64,000 bases of DNA from Rhynchobatus australiae (taxonomy: Eukaryota). The stretch is taken from NCBI GenBank assembly GCA_034780895.1, contig JAUZTB010000064.1:64355405-64419404 (forward strand), given 5' to 3'. The position numbers were made by a program, and so were the translations under genes. Shown here piece after piece: positions 13,016-27,707 of the stretch. Numbering within the stretch: position 1 is the first letter of the stretch; every line of letters begins with the position of its first letter. The notes beneath the pieces were generated by a model. It was not told the origin of the DNA, ran no database searches, and saw only the letters and a list, made by a program, of their open reading frames with translations.

Positions 13016-14597
13016 ATTCCCTTGCTCATCATTTGAGCTTCTAATGAACATCATGGAATTTATTTATAAAACACCCTTGAGCATCCAAACAAAAACGGCC
13101 CAGAAATTGTTGTATGGTAGGAACTGTGTAGAATATTTAACCCACTCCATTTCAATTTCTGCTCTGCCTGATGACTGATGTGCAAAGAGTAGAGAGTTAC
13201 AACTTTCGTCTAAGTTTCAGAACCGTAAGTCCACTGTAGAACAATTTCAATTAGTTTTTGTTTGACAGGAGACATTTCTTGATTGTCTCAGAATTTCTCA
13301 CCTTAGCATGAAGCAGCAATTGCTACAGATTGTAATCAAAATTTAACCCTTTCCTCATTTTTTCTTTGTTATGGAGAATTTTCCAATTCCACCCAATGGT
13401 GCTTACTATTTTAAGAATGATGTTGGATACACGCAGCGTTAAGTATCATAACAGTGATATTAATATTACCATGCTATTGAAGTGCATTTAGAATACTTAA
13501 ATACAGTTGTTTGTTGAAACATCAGCTTCAAAGGAAAGCACTTAATTTCTGATGTCTGGCCAATTCTCTATAATTATAGGTAGAACACCAACTTCAAATG
13601 CCATCTGAAAAATGTTGACTAGCTGAAGAAAATCAGATTGGGAACAAGTAGTATATCATATTCAATTTCACTTTTTATTTAAGATTTTCCAGGATAGTTC
13701 CAAATTATTACTTCCCATATTCCTGCTAGGTCTGGTACCCAGGCAGGCCCACGTGCCAAATGGCTCAGTGTGCAAAGTGTCCAGCTTCCAAACTCTGAAA
13801 ATGGCTGAGAAATGTAAATGAGGCTCAATCTTGAAAGTGGTTCATGCCTCCCAACCTTAGCCTTGGATAATCAATAGGTTAAATGGGACCATCCTCATTT
13901 TCACACATATGTTACAGATACAGATTTTCTGGAGTGCAAGATATATTGAGGTTAAAATGTATCATAATTTCAAAGACAAAATTCACAGAATTAAAACACT
14001 TTAATCAGAGTGGTAAAGAATCCACCTAAGCAATAGAGATAATTTCTAAAATTGGGGATTGATATATGCACCATGTCAGAACTGAAGCCATCTATTATTA
14101 ATTGAACATGTACCATAACACATAAGATTTAATGCATTGCACAGTAGAATAATGAGGTACGATTTTCATACAGTGTCCAATTAGCAAGGACTTCTAAAAG
14201 AGTTATCAATCCAAGGCCAGCAGATTCCCCACTGATAAAAAAAAGGGTAATCCCAAAGGGTCTGCTCTGAGCATCCAGAGACTCACCTGTGATATGTTGG
14301 ATGGGACTGGTCTGTGGTACATCAAGAGCTAAAAAAAGTTGATGAAGATATTGCACAAATGATAAATGCTCACCATTGTTCAAATTTATTTGAAGACCTC
14401 ACTTAAAAGATTGCCATGTAACTCAATTTTTTTGAAGCTTTAAGTTGACATTACTGATCATCTTTAAAGGATGTTATTGTTCAAAATGCTCTTAGTAAAA
14501 TTGTTCCACTTTTCAAAAATAAAGCTCTCTATTAACTGACTGTTTCTCTTTCATGGCAACTCCATATTACACAGAAAATAAAATATCATATACTTAC

Positions 14598-14626
14598 ATT
14601 CATATTTTCACTGTTTTCTACTTCCG
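14598..14626 (-). CDS. LIMCH1: LIMCH1 29-nt microexon O (AEVENSENMN), phase 1 to 0
   Basis: Acceptor TCTTTATCTTTCAG|, donor |GTAAGT. Needed to convert phase 1 to phase 0 for the next exon. Confidence 0.85.
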
Positions 14627-16519
14627 CTGAAAGATAAAGAGATGCTTATTATAAAGGAATAACAATCATGGGAGTTTCCACTTGTCTATGAAGGAATCCA
14701 ACAGGCACGGAACAGCAATAAGATGGATACTGATTTTCTAATTAGTTAATGAGTGCATTTCTTCTAATACGTTGGTGAACAACAAGAATAATTAATGCAA
14801 TTAAGAATGAAGAGTCAAGCCAGGGAAGATTATTTTGGAATTGTCAGCTGTCTGCAGCAATGTCAGATGTAGTGTGTAATTTTGGAGCTCGCAACCAACA
14901 GTAGAGGAACATTTCTTTTATTAATATTACTGACACACAAAAAACTTGCATTTAACACAGTGCTTTTTAAAAAGTTGGTACTTCCTTAAGCTCTGGGCAG
15001 ACAATGAGCACATTTGACCTTTCTATTGTTGAAACTTTGGCTACCAATTTGCACACAGCATGGCCCCACAAAATAAAACAAAACAAATTTGCACATCAGA
15101 GAAAGCCATGTGTTTCGCTCATTAATTCTTGGAATCATTGATAGACAGGTGGAAATCTAGGCTGAAATTAAAGGATATCATGACCAGTTAATTGAACATG
15201 AGCCACCACCAGCAAAAATGATTTCTAGGTATGACAACAAAACAGAGAGTGATGGTATAGGGAAGAACTGGAATTTAGTATCAAAAATTGATGCCCAGAA
15301 GCTACTAAATTAGGCAACTTTAGTTTACAGGCTTGGACTGCAGAGAATTCTGTGCACTAACACCATGCTCTGTGATTCTGTTACTTTATTATTTTGCCAC
15401 CTGAAATAGGAAAACAGGCAAATTAGTAGGGAAAAGACATGGAAAACCCAGTCTGCAACATGCATAGTTGCCAAACCTACCAATTTTATATACCATGTTC
15501 TGTGGACACTAAGACTTGTATGGTAGATAAAGACAAATAATATTACTGTAAATCCGAAATCTACAGAAATGTATGCAATGATAACCAGAAGAAATAGTTA
15601 CAATGGTGAGTTGTGTCACCTTGTCCATAACTGTACGGGACGAGACTGAATTTTGCTAACATTGATGCTCAGTATTTATTAGCAAAGGCTATTTCTGAAA
15701 TTCCTGACTTGCATTAGATCTCAATCAGAACCTAGGTTCTTAGTAGGCTTTGAATACCAAGAAATACAGGAGTGTTTCTGGTGCAAGTCTAAAGGGATAT
15801 TGTACTGTAACAGTGATGCCATTTTTTGATAAAAGCACATTTAATGCAATCACCACTTTTAGAATATGACATACTGGNNNNNNNNNNNNNNNNNNNNNNN
15901 NNNNNNNNNNNNNNNNNNNNNNNNNNNNNNNNNNNNNNNNNNNNNNNNNNNNNNNNNNNNNNNNNNNNNNNNNNNNNTTAGAATATGACATACTGGATAT
16001 AATAAACATAAGAGGTGTGGCTTAAATTGCAGTGGTCAAATTTAAAATAAGTTACAGTAAGAGGAATTAAAGTGCTGACACTGTGTCCCTATCCTCTTGT
16101 ATTTTTTTATACATCTTACATAGTATGCAATGTAAAATGTTTCAATGTAAAAAGTTCAATGTGCAAAAGTTTTAGCCTATTTCAACACGGTTTCTAATGA
16201 TGGGAAAGGCACTTTGTTTACTAAAATGTAGCTCTATTCAGAGGTCATCAATCCAGAATATTTTATTCTAGTGACAGAATTTATAAAAAGTTACTTTAAT
16301 TCTTACATATTGGCATTACTGCTAAAATAAAATCTGAACACATAGTTTAAGAGGCTGCTTTTTCCCATATTGGTATGCATTGGCAACTATGCAGGAGATA
16401 ATGAGAAAGGTAAATCTAGGAAAGCGGGAGATGAATGTGACTCGTGACCATCAGTGCGTCTCAAGGCACTCCCGGGTATATGAAGCAATACAGGGGACAT
16501 TACTAAGCATGGCTTTTAC

Positions 16520-16594
16520 CTGGCTGTGAGAAAAACTCTGAGCGTCGCCAAGAGTTCCGAACTGTAACCGGAACACTGGCAGAATTAGCTGGCT
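16520..16594 (-). CDS. LIMCH1: LIMCH1 75-nt cassette exon N (EPANSASVPVTVRNSWRRSEFFSQP), phase 1-1
   Basis: Long pyrimidine tract plus CTTAG|, donor CAG|GTAAAA. Resembles a recalled human alternative segment 'ASVPLRVQNSWRRSQFFSQS'. Confidence 0.88.
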
Positions 16595-18744
16595 CTAAGA
16601 GTGGGTAGCAGAACAAAATGAAAGAAGAAACAGAAATCATAAGAAAATGTCTGACAACAAAACTATATTAGACGTGTATTTAACTTACAAGAATAGTTTT
16701 GTTTCAGATTACAGTAACAAACTTATATAAAGATGCATCAATAATGGGGTAGATTCTTTGGTCAGTGGTAAGCTGGCTGCTTTCAGAACTAAGTTCATGC
16801 TTACCTACTGTGATTTCCCTGACATTGGCTTGTGAGGGATGCTGGCACAATGTGCAGGGCCTCACTGCTCCTCAATGTGATGGCATGGAGGGGTGGACAG
16901 AGGGGCAGAACAAGCCATGCCCACAGAATAGAGAAAAATTTGACTGCCATCCAAGTCATGTTCCCTGGCTTATCAGGAATTGTCAAAGTTGTCAAACACT
17001 TGAAACAGTCCGAATGTTGTTTCTGAATATCTCAAGACATTTAAAAGACATTCAGAAACACTCAGTACCCAAGAAAATGATTAAAAACTTTCAATATATA
17101 AAATATTTCAGAAAAACTAAAATATTTAAATATACTTTTAAAAAATAGAGCAATCAAATAAAATGAAAATATCTAAAATAAACTAGAACTTACTTTAGTC
17201 TCTCATAGCTGTGCCCATCAATGAAATGAATGGGGAAGCACTCCTTTTGCTAAATTTGCGCACTTAAGCAGATTCTCCATCATAAATAGGGGAATTATCT
17301 AGTGCAGTGTCAGAGTGTATTTGGATAAAATGGGGCAAACCTCTGATCACAACTTCAGGGCTACTGCTTTCGCGTGGAAATCTCGAAGTTGCTCACAATT
17401 ACACAAGGAAGTGTCAGCAGTTACAAAAGTTAAAGCCAAAGCTTGCCCACAAAACCTGGGAGTGTGGGAGATGAACTGGTTTCATCATGCGAGCTTATTC
17501 TCAAGTGTGACTGAAACCCAAGAAAGACTTCCATTCATACCACCTTTCACAACTTCAAGATGTCCAAGATATTTTGCGGATAATTATTTTTGGAGTGTAG
17601 TCATTATCGTAATTCAGCAGTCAATCTGTGCACAGCAAGCACTGACAAGTGTAATGCAAAAATGATTAGAAACTTGAAGGATAAATATTGCGAAGAATAG
17701 CCTCTCATTCATTTACATTCACCTTTGAGAGGAAACAACACTGTGTTAGATTGCCATCTTGATTTTTGAGGAAGGAGACTGCTGCAGACATTGCAACATG
17801 TATTTGTATNNNNNNNNNNAAAGTCCACATGAAGAGCTATCAGTTAAATTCAAAGCCCTGTGGATTCAAGGGAGGAAATGTAAATAGCTAAAGGTTAGAA
17901 AACTGATTTTATTGGAAGAATATATTAAACAGGGGGAATACCAAGTAGGGCATCCCTGTGTTTCCTGTTAGAACCAACACCAGTTCTAATTTATATCAAG
18001 TCTTGGATTCAGAAACTCAGTGAAAACTGGACAAAATTTCCAGATGAAACAAAACTTGGAAGAAGCTTCTCAGAAAGAGCAATAATTTAAACAAAATACC
18101 TAAGGGGATAGAACAAAAGATAAAGGAAGGAAACATGGTTCATGCACAAAAGTTGTGTTGAAATACCAAGAGATGAAGTCAAAAGAAACCTCAAGAGTCT
18201 TAATAGGTCCAGTGTTTAACTTGTAAAATTAATACAAATTGACAAAGCTTATTTGAATTCCCCAGCCAAAACAAAACACTGAGTTCAACAGAACTTGTGA
18301 TCAGACTGTACCCACGGTTAATGTGCTTAGCTTTAGTCACAGAGCAACAAAGATAGCTTTTAGGCACCAAAGATACTGCAGGGATTAGTGAGGAAAATTA
18401 ACTGTAATGTCAACAGTCTGTATTACAAGGGAAATTGGAGAAATTTGAGCTAATAAGTATAGAAAGGAGGTATCTGAATGCAACAGTGACTGCTAGGGGT
18501 GTTCAGCAAGTCTTAATGGAAGCAGAGGGTGGCATGTGAGGTATTGAAGGCCAAAACTTCCCTTCTGGGGCCCAAAGGCCGCACCTAAAATACAACTGTG
18601 GTCTTGATGCACTGGACATTGATTTGCTCACATTCAAAAATAAAGGGTCCTCTGCCTGTAGGTTCAAATGCAAAATAGTTAAAATCTGACTGGGTAAGTA
18701 ATCTAGTCATTTTAACAGTACATTTCCTGGTCTCATCCTGGTGG

Positions 18745-19115
18745 TTAGAGTGGCTCAGTAGTCAATGTTGCTGCCTCACAACTCCAGAGACCCAGGTATG
18801 ATCCAGACTCTGAGTACTTTCCATGCAGTGTTGGCACATTCTCCCTGTGACTGCTTGGGTTTCCTCCAGGAGCTCTGGTTTCCTCCCACATCCCAAAGAG
18901 GTGTGAATCAGTTAATGGGCTACCATAATTTACCCTTTAGTGCAGGTTAACAGCAAAAAAAAAATCAATAGAGAAGTTGACGGCCATGGGTGAGAGAGAA
19001 TAAGTTGCAGGATACAAGGAAAAGTAGGACAGCAAAATAAGGGGAGGGCTAAAGGGATAGTTCCTCAGGGAGCCGACACAGATCCAAAGGGCCAAATGGC
19101 TCCCTTCTGTGTCAT
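18745..19115 (+). mobile_element. V-SINE with tRNA-derived head
   Basis: A-box-like GTGGCTCAGTAG, degenerate B-box, then V-domain TTCTCCCTGTGACTGCTTGGGTTTCCTCC. Confidence 0.75.
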
Positions 19116-19689
19116 TATAAGTATATAATATTCTTATCTCAACCATAATTCTTCACCATTATACTAATATTACAATGAACTCTCCATTTTTTCAGCATTA
19201 TTTTTCCCACACAATTATTATACATAATTTTCATTAGGTTGTCACTTTAGATTACTGAAAATTTCTCACAGCAGTGAAGAGTGAAAAAGAAAAGCGCAAG
19301 TGGCAATAAGAGAGATAAAGGAGTGGTAGAGTTTCACGAATAAAGAAGGGAGAGAGATGTGTGGTAGAACGACATAAGGAGAAAGCTCCAGAAGGCAGGA
19401 GCACATTGACTATCAATGGTAGGGCAGAAAGAATGGGCTGAAATGCTAAGGGAGCAGAGTATGCTTCCTGACACACACAATTGTTGAGGTGACTCATATA
19501 GGAAGAGAAAGACCACAGACGGAAAAATGAGAAATCAAATCGTAATAGAATAGATTTGGGAGCCAATGGAGTAATGTTAATCTGATGAACAAATTGAGTC
19601 AGGTCAGAGATTGAGATTAACATGCCTGGAGCCTCAGATGCTGTAATTGGAACTGCCTTCAAGAATGAAGACAAATCTTTAGGCAAAGA

Positions 19690-20940
19690 GCTGCTTCCCT
19701 AAATGCAACGTGGATTTCATCCATCTAAAGAAAGGATGGACATGATCTGTACCATGCAAAAACTCAAAAGAAAAATGCAGGCAGCAGCATGAACATGGCT
19801 TCTTTTGAGCGTATCAGAGCCTTTGACTCTTGCAATCAGACAGGACTGTGGTTAATCTACCTTACATTTTGCCATCCTCAGAAATTTGTTCCACTTCTAT
19901 GCCTGCTACACAGTGGCATGCGAACTTTGATTCTGCCTGATGGGTCCACCACAAACCCAAATACATTGCAGACTGGGGTCAAGCAAGACTGTGTCATAGC
20001 TCCAATCCTTTGCTCAATCTTTCTCACTATAATATTGCATCTGATCTCCAACAGGCTTCCCGCCGGAGTGAAATTAATCTAAAGGATGAATGAGAAACTT
20101 CACCCCACATCACAGCACTCCAGATGTCCAGAAACAAGAACACTCCAATCAGAGTCATTGAGTTGCAGAATGCAGACAGCATTTGCATATATGCACGTTA
20201 GTAGGCTGTACCCTGAGTCAGCATCTTCTCCTTCCCCAAAGCATTGGCTTTACGTTTAACATTTGCAAAACAAAGGCCCCTTTTCCAAACTGCCCTCATT
20301 GTATAAAATTAATCCCCAAAAGTAAAGTCCATGATGCAACCTGGACAACACAGAGTACTTTCCACACACAAGGAGTTAACTCTCGGCAAGGGCAGCCGTC
20401 GATGATGAAATCAACTACCACTTCCACATTCTTGGCTGTCCAAGGAAGAGTGTTTGAAGATGAAGATCTCAAACTCAATACAAAGCTTATGATCTGTCCA
20501 ACAGTAGTACACCCTCCTGTACTTTTCAGAGACACAGACAACTTACAGTAAGTTTCTCAAAGCACTGGAGAGGTTGAACCAATGTGGTCTCTGCAAAACT
20601 ATCTAAATCCACTTGGAGGATGAGCAAACCAATGTAAACATCCTCTCCCAGACCACCTTCAAGGTTCCAGTTATACATAGCTGGCTCCATTATGTGACTG
20701 CATTGTTCACATGCCAAAACTAAAAAAAAATAACTTTACTCCATAATCTGTCATAGCAACAGGTCACCAGGAGGACAAGATTCAAGAATGTTCTCAAAGT
20801 CTCCTTGAAAGAACATAACATCCCACCAATCATGGGAATTCCTAGCCCATAACTGCTCAAAACAGAAGCAGCAGCTGGAATGGTGTTGAGAACCTTGAAT
20901 CTCTTCATTGGGAATACGTGGAAACCCAGATTAATTGGCA
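19690..20940 (+). mobile_element. RTE-clade LINE remnant
   Basis: TGVKQDCVIAPILCSIFL (RTE consensus GVKQGCVxAPxLF) and RVFEDEDLKLNTKLM, with many frameshifts. Confidence 0.82.
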
Positions 20941-22489
20941 GAAGGAAAATTAAATACAAAACTTAATACAGAATCAATACAAAATGTCTTTCAGATCTAA
21001 TTATATTTTATGCATTTTAAATGAACCATTCATGCACTATCATTTCTTCCATAACTCTGGATGACTATTATGTATCAATGTGACCAGAGAGTGACATTGT
21101 TCTACATTATGGCTGGAGAAAGAAATTGTAGTTATAATAACAATTGCCACATAAATGAAGATCCTACACATTTCTGTTGACATAAAGATTGGACAGTGTA
21201 TTGTTGCAACCAATTTAATTGCAAGAGCAGATGAACTTCATCTTTTCTGATAACACCATTGTTCTAATATTTATGACATAAATTTTTCATTGCTTTCTTA
21301 TAATTGTTTCCAAAATGTAATTCCAATGGTAGGTTTGGTGCAATATATCTAGAAGCCTTTGTGTCTGCATCCATGAATAATTTAAAACTGTATGCTTCCA
21401 AGGTTCTGATGGTTACTTTATATGTATCAGGTATGACATATCTAATTCCCATTCACACCTCTTGTCCGTGTATATTCTCAAGGCTACCCATTAGTTGTTA
21501 CACATAACCAATCTAACTCAGATTGAAAAATATAATAAAAATGGAAATTGGGTAGAGTTGGTCCATCAGGGTGACAGGTTTTCGACAGCTTGTTCANNNN
21601 NNNNNNNNNNNNNNNNNNNNNNNNNNNNNNNNNNNNNNNNNNNNNNNNNNNNNNNNNNNNNNNNNNNNNNNNNNNNNNNNNNNNNNNNNNNNNNNNCCCC
21701 ACCCCTCCAACTAACCACCCACCTGTCTGTTAAACACCTTCAGTCTCACCTGTGGCAGAGTCTGCAAATCCCACAATGGCCTCATCAACCAATTCTGAAC
21801 CCACAGAACAGGAATGGAAGCAAGTCATCCTTGATCCTGAGGGACTACCTAAAAGAAGAACCATAATTGGAATATCATTCTTTTACTGGATAAAAACAGT
21901 TGTTGTTTGCTGATCCTATCACTATTTTCTGATTATTGAGTAACTAGACCTAATAAGAGATCCAGTGGTAGATCATCATTTGATTTTGTACTGGATGGCC
22001 TTATCACAATCCTTGATTTGTCAACTAATTTTTACACGGAAAAGACTTGGAAAACATTTATTTCAAAGCAAAACTTTTTCCACACAAGCTCACAAAACAT
22101 AATGAGATGAAAGCTGGTTGAGATGCTAAGAAGCCAAACATTGAGATTGTTTCCCCAAACACTCAAAAACTAAGTAATTTATCATGGCATCATGTCATGG
22201 CTGTTAATAAACTCTCAATACCTTTGGTTTGAGAGTTCCTTGTTTCTGGGTGTCAACAACAGGTATCAGGCACAGGTCCACCCTTCAGGTTGTGAACAGA
22301 GGGGAATAAAGAACACTTCTGTTCCACTCACTACCATCAACTGTTCCCAATAACTAGAAATCTAGATGAGCTTTCTTAAATATAGAAGTTGTGGCAGAGG
22401 ATGGAGACAAAAAAACAGTTTGGGTTAAATCCAAATCCTAGCTCTCGATCTGTAGCGATACATCATGGGCACATTAGTAGTATCTAAAG

Positions 22490-22910
22490 GAGGCGCTGCC
22501 TCAAGAAGGTAACATTCATCATCAAAGATTCCCACCATCTGGGCCATGCCATCTTTTTGCAGTTACCATCGGGCAGGAGGAACAGAAGCCTTAAGTCCCA
22601 CACCACCAGGTTCAAGAACAGCTACTTCCTTTCAACCATTTGGTTCGTGAACCAACCGGCAGAACCCAATGACCACTACAATTTAGCAACATTATGACCA
22701 CTCTGATCACTTTGCACTAAAATGGACTTTGTTTTTTTTTGACTAATTGTGCTTTTCCTTGTAAAAACAGTGTATAATTTATGCTTAATTTATGTTTTTC
22801 TTGTGAACGCTGCTTATATGATGCTATGTGTCTGTGATGCTGCTGCAAGTTTTTCATTGCACTTGTGCATACATGTACTTGTGCATATGAAAATAAACTT
22901 GACTTTGACT
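22490..22910 (+). mobile_element. Rex1/Babar-type LINE 3' end (different subfamily)
   Basis: CATCAAAGATTCCCACCATCTGGGCCATGCC...TCGGGCAGGAGG...CACCAGGTTCAAGAACAGCTACTTCC, with a GACTTT tail. Confidence 0.75.
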
Positions 22911-23885
22911 TAGTCCTGTAGGTTACAGCTCCTCATTCATCCAGATACAATTTTATTGTGATGCAAGTTTATGCCTCCATTGCTCATTCGGGCAGAGGGT
23001 TCAGGAGTTCACCAATGATAAAAGGTTTTCTCATTTCCCTGCTAAACATTATACAAAGTAACTTTAATCTATGTCCCCTAGTTATTCACATCTCTGCCAA
23101 CAAGGTCCTCCTTGTTCAAACTGTTTTCCTCAGTCTGCTTTGTTCCAAAACAAACAAATGCATTTAGGTAGCTGTCTTTCAATTTTTCCATGTATCTTAT
23201 CTTTTAAATTCATCAACAATCCTAATTAGTTCAAAATATCTCAAAAGGACTTCCTTTTGACACCATACCTAAAGGTGGCCTTATGCCCAAAGGTAGCTTA
23301 ATTTTTGGACCCGTTTCAAATTTTTATAGCATCCTTCTCTTTTAACGCTTTTTAAAAATTTCATTTTTTTAACATTTATGAAGGAACTGACTGCTATGCC
23401 CAATCAAGCAGGAAAATCCCTTTCCATATTTCATGAAAAGGCATTCACAATTATTTAAATTCAGGTTTCTCCAAAGTGGTGAACTGACACAGCTTACTTT
23501 TTGTTTTAAAATGTATTCAGCTATATTAATTAAACTTTACCAATATTTAACACTTAAATATAACATTTATTTAAACAAAATGTTGAGAAACAATTAAGTG
23601 CAATAGGTTGAAGCTCTCAAAGTAAATAACTCACCTGAGGGACACGGCTCTACCTATAGTGCAATATGTTTAAAACTAGTGTCAAAGACTGTTGAACATT
23701 GAACTTCATGTAATATGCATTTAAAATTCTGTATTGTGGTACCATGGGATTTTATGCACATAATTTTGCTTACAAGTTGTCACATTTTCAGTTAGAATGC
23801 CGAAGAAAACACATATTAGCTANNNNNNNNNNNNNNNNNNNNNNNNNNNNNTGTGTACAGGTGTGTCCTTTATTTGATGTCTCAC

Positions 23886-24012
23886 CTTGCTGATTAATAG
23901 CATCATCATGCTGACTGTTCTCTGCTGCCTCTTCCTTCACTTGATTTATCCTCTGATCTGAATCCAACACATCTCCTGTTTTGTCCTGATGAGGTGTCAC
24001 TGATTTTAATCC
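23886..24012 (-). CDS. LIMCH1: LIMCH1 exon M (GLKSVTPHQDK...HDDAINQQ), phase 0 to 1
   Basis: Acceptor AAACAG|, donor AAG|GTGAGA. The phase links exon L to the downstream phase-1 exons. Confidence 0.8.
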
Positions 24013-24324
24013 CTGTTTTGTGTTAAAACACAATATGGATCTTGTAACACCACAAATATTAAACTGTATCAGATAGAATTACAATTTACTTAAGTTCACG
24101 CACTTAGCTGAAGAGTTAAGCATGCCATGGGCTCCTAGTCTGGTGATACAGCCTTACCCTAATTTTTGTTTACAAACTGCTTCAATACTTTGATCTCAAA
24201 GCTTTCAGAAAACTGAAAACTCTGATTTAGCATTATGACAAAAACATTGCAATTAAACAACAAATTGTAAAAATAGAGAAAATGCAACTTATTATATTTC
24301 ATAATGGTTTAAAGAAAAGCTTAC

Positions 24325-24486
24325 TTCTTGTTCAAGCTGCTCTTGGGTGCTGTTATTTGATTCCTCACTCTTGGGTGTTAGGCAGGCTTCATCTGTGGTT
24401 ATTATTTTGGCATCAGTGTCTCTTATGTCCAACTCAACATTGTCTGACAGGGTAACATGTTCAGTTGAAGTTTCCAGGTCCCTGTG
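24325..24486 (-). CDS. LIMCH1: LIMCH1 exon L (HRDLETSTEHVTL...QEQLEQE), phase 0-0
   Basis: Acidic open frame with donor GAA|GTAAGC. The only phase-compatible acceptor is GATCAG|CAC. The region is poorly conserved. Confidence 0.75.
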
Positions 24487-26289
24487 CTGATCTTCTTCAT
24501 ATTTTGCAATGGAATACAAGACAATAGAGTGAATTTTATCTCTCAGTGCAAACAAATACTTTCTAAAGGAACATAATCAGAAGTAGGTCATTCGGCCCTA
24601 GATGTTGTTCCTTCATTGTAATAGTAATTAGTGGACTAATAAATAATTTCAGTGATCAATCATGAGGCTCCAATTTCAGCTGAGTCTTAACTGTCCTCAA
24701 TAATTATTCTCCCAACCCACAGAATGAAGTACATCCAGCATAGGAGAAACAATTTCCAGGTGTTGGGCAGCATTGACAGCAATCAAAGTAAACTTCATCA
24801 CCCTCAGAACACAAGACAGTACATGGAGTAGAAGAGCAAAAGGTTTAAAGCTGAGAACTGATGCAAGAGGGAGCAACATATGAAACAATAAAAAGGAGTG
24901 AAGGAACTGAAAGTACATCGGGCATCATTTCCTTGATCATATAAATATTAAAATTAGCTACATCCCACATGTTGCTAATCCCATTATTGCATTTCTAGAA
25001 TTTTCTTGGTGACAGCTCATGGGACAGACTTCTCACACCAGTTGATGACTTCCTTTTAGTCTCCAAGGAGGCTGTTATTCTCGTTATGAGGCTGATGTGC
25101 CATCATTGGCAGAGGCTGGTGGGTGGTTGAAGATTCTCCCGTAGTCTTCTGGGAAAGGATCAGGGGTTCTGGACTAGATTGCAGGCTTGAGGCAATGTGG
25201 CTGAGGCGACCAGGAGAGAGGGAAGGGTGGTGACTGGCAATCGGAGGGCAGCCAATCGGCAGTGGTCAACAGCTGTCCCAAACTGGCAGAGAGAGCAGCC
25301 AGCAGCTGGAGAATAGTTGGGGTGCATGGGGCTTGAGTGAGGAAGAGAGAGCAGGAGAATTATGATGCAAAGGACAGGGGAAGGATACAAGAAGGAAGTG
25401 GGAGGGAGCTGATAGAGATAGGGACTTGGAGGGGGTGGGGGTGGGCAGACTAAAGGAGGGGATACTAAGGAAGAAAGGATCTGAGTGAGGATGGGTTTGC
25501 CGAGAAAGAGGGCATGGGCAAAACTGTGTGCACGTGTGCTCAAGAATGTGTGTGCTAGGTCTGTGCATCAGAGTCTGGTCTCCAGTTGCCTTGAATTTCC
25601 TTGCAATTAAGCCAAGACATTGCTCTGTCTAGACTTTGTGGTAGTTAGTCTGCAATGCCCACCACACATTAAAGGATTCGCAGACAGGCATCGTCCACTT
25701 CTTAGAAACAAAGTGGAATTATGTCATCCTTGACTCTAAGTGACTGTCTGAGAAGATTCTTATCAGTTCCTGGCATTTCACTGGATTCCCAGAGGATCAG
25801 GGATGGGGAAAAGAACCAGCTCTGCAAATGACAAGTTAGATCTTCTAAAACAATTTCACCCAGCATTTTTACAGAATCTTGCCTCTGCACATTGATGAGA
25901 GTATCAAACCATGGTGCTATGTTAAATGCCATTAAGCTTCTCATTAGCAAGTCCACTGAGAATAGAAAATTTCTGAAAAGTTCTGTTGTACGATAAGGTA
26001 GAGGGCGAGCCTTATGTACAAGTGTCTTAAATGAGCAGCGCACCTTCTTGACCTGCATCTTTCATCATCTCTTTCTCTAGCTCGTTGCAGACGGATTTAT
26101 GATCAGATTCATCCTTGATGCTTGGCTGCTGAGTGGTGGTAATGCCCATTGTGATCTCAGTTTGTTCCTCCTATAGGATAAAGAAGCCATGGGTAAACAT
26201 CATGCAGTGAACATTTCCAACATGATAGAGCCTAACCACCTTTCTTTGACATTTAAAGACATTTCCTTTTCCAAAGCCCATGTCGTTAA

Positions 26290-26870
26290 ATCCTGGGTGT
26301 TGCCAGTAATCAAAATTTTAAACTGAACTAGTCACATAAATCCTGTGACCACAAGAGCAGGTTGGAGGAGAGGTACCTTGCAGCATATGATTCACTCCTG
26401 ACACCCTTAAGCCTTTACAGAATCAATAATGCACAAGTCAGGATTGTGATGGAATACTCTCCACTTGTCTGAATGAGTGTTGCTACAATACTCTCAAGAA
26501 GTTTGGCACTAACCAGGACAAAGCAGTCAGCTTGATTGGCACCATGTCTACTACTAGCACCATCAATAAAATGCGCTGCAGTTACTTGCTCTGGCTACAC
26601 TGACAAAGCCTTCTAAACCTGTGACGTCTACCACCATGAGGGGTGAGAGCAGCAGGCCCTTGGGAACACCCATTTCTCATTAAGCCACCAGCAGGTTTCC
26701 CTTCAAATTGCATGGCAGCTTGGAAATATATCACGGTTTTTCCATTGTCACTCGGTCTAAATCCTGGAAAACTACAATAGTACCCTGCAGTACCTATCCC
26801 AGAAGGATTGCAACAATTCAAGTAGGCTTCTCAAGGGCATTAAGGGGTGCACAAACAATGCTGGCCTTGC
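26290..26870 (+). mobile_element. Old non-LTR LINE 3' fragment (CR1/L2 group); related fragment at about 43640-43990
   Basis: Encodes an MEYSPLV...LKKFGTNQDKAVSLIG-like segment. Both copies share AGCAGCAGG...GGGAAC. Confidence 0.55.
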
Positions 26871-27467
26871 TGATGGGCCTGGTCCTGTGGGAGGAGTTGT
26901 GCCCACTTACCTGTGGGAATGGTTCCTGACAAATCAAGTGAGTGGTGGCAGGGTTGGGCTAGGCAGACCCAGGACCAAAGGCACTTGCTGCTTCTCCTCC
27001 TGGGGAACCTTCTGAAAATAACTTACTTGTCTCCTCTATCTCTAGTGCTGCATTGTGTCTGTATCCCATACCGAGAGCAGCTCTAGTCACTGGCCTCACG
27101 CTTTGATGTTATCATGTGAAGTCATTCAACCCTGACTCTTGCACCTTTGTAAGGCTGACACCTCCTGGGGACATGTTACTATATGTCCATGGGAGGTCAA
27201 TATCAGTGAACGGAAGCAAGGCTTCAAGGCAATGGCCAAGGTACTGCCTCTATTTCAAACAAATTCTGTGCTCATTAGGCTAATTATTCACAACTTAAAA
27301 GAAAAAGTGACAATGATTTAACGAACATAACTATCATAACCCAGAAACCTGTAAATACTATTTTCAAGAATAGCCTTTTTTAGCAATCCTGTTGTAAAAC
27401 AAGCACTAGCAGTGCAGTAGCACACTAGCATGAGAATCAGGTTAATGAATGGAGATGGTCTACTTAC

Positions 27468-27707
27468 TTGCTCTGTGTTTTCAGTCTGTGGATTGTTTAT
27501 GGGAGAAGGAACAGCCTGCTCGAGTCTGGGCACATGATCGTTGTTATCTGTCTGTAACTGTAATGGGGAATCGTCCACTCTTGCCACACCTTCAAACATC
27601 TGCGATTGGGTGAGCAATGGGGCCAGTACTGGAGACGTGGACTCATTCTCTTCCTCTCTGGTAAATGTTGGGCTGGTCTCTCCATTCATTTTAATCTTTC
27701 CATCTTT
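27468..27707 (-). CDS. LIMCH1: LIMCH1 exon K (KDGKIKMNGET...[20 protein letters not shown]...NTEQ), phase 0-0
   Basis: Matches recalled 'DGKVSVNGET...[20 protein letters not shown]'. Acceptor GCAG|, donor |GTAAGT. Confidence 0.94.

Noticed and set aside
19252-19686. 144-aa minus-strand ORF as an extra LIMCH1 exon
   Set aside because: It has a Leu/Ser/Phe-rich composition from a pyrimidine-rich strand, no similarity to LIMCH1 and no convincing phase-1 splice sites. It sits between a SINE and an RTE remnant.
24960-26200. ORFs 25160..25543, 25266..25568 and 25702..26058
   Set aside because: They are low-complexity purine/pyrimidine-skewed sequence and probable very old LINE debris, with no coherent protein.
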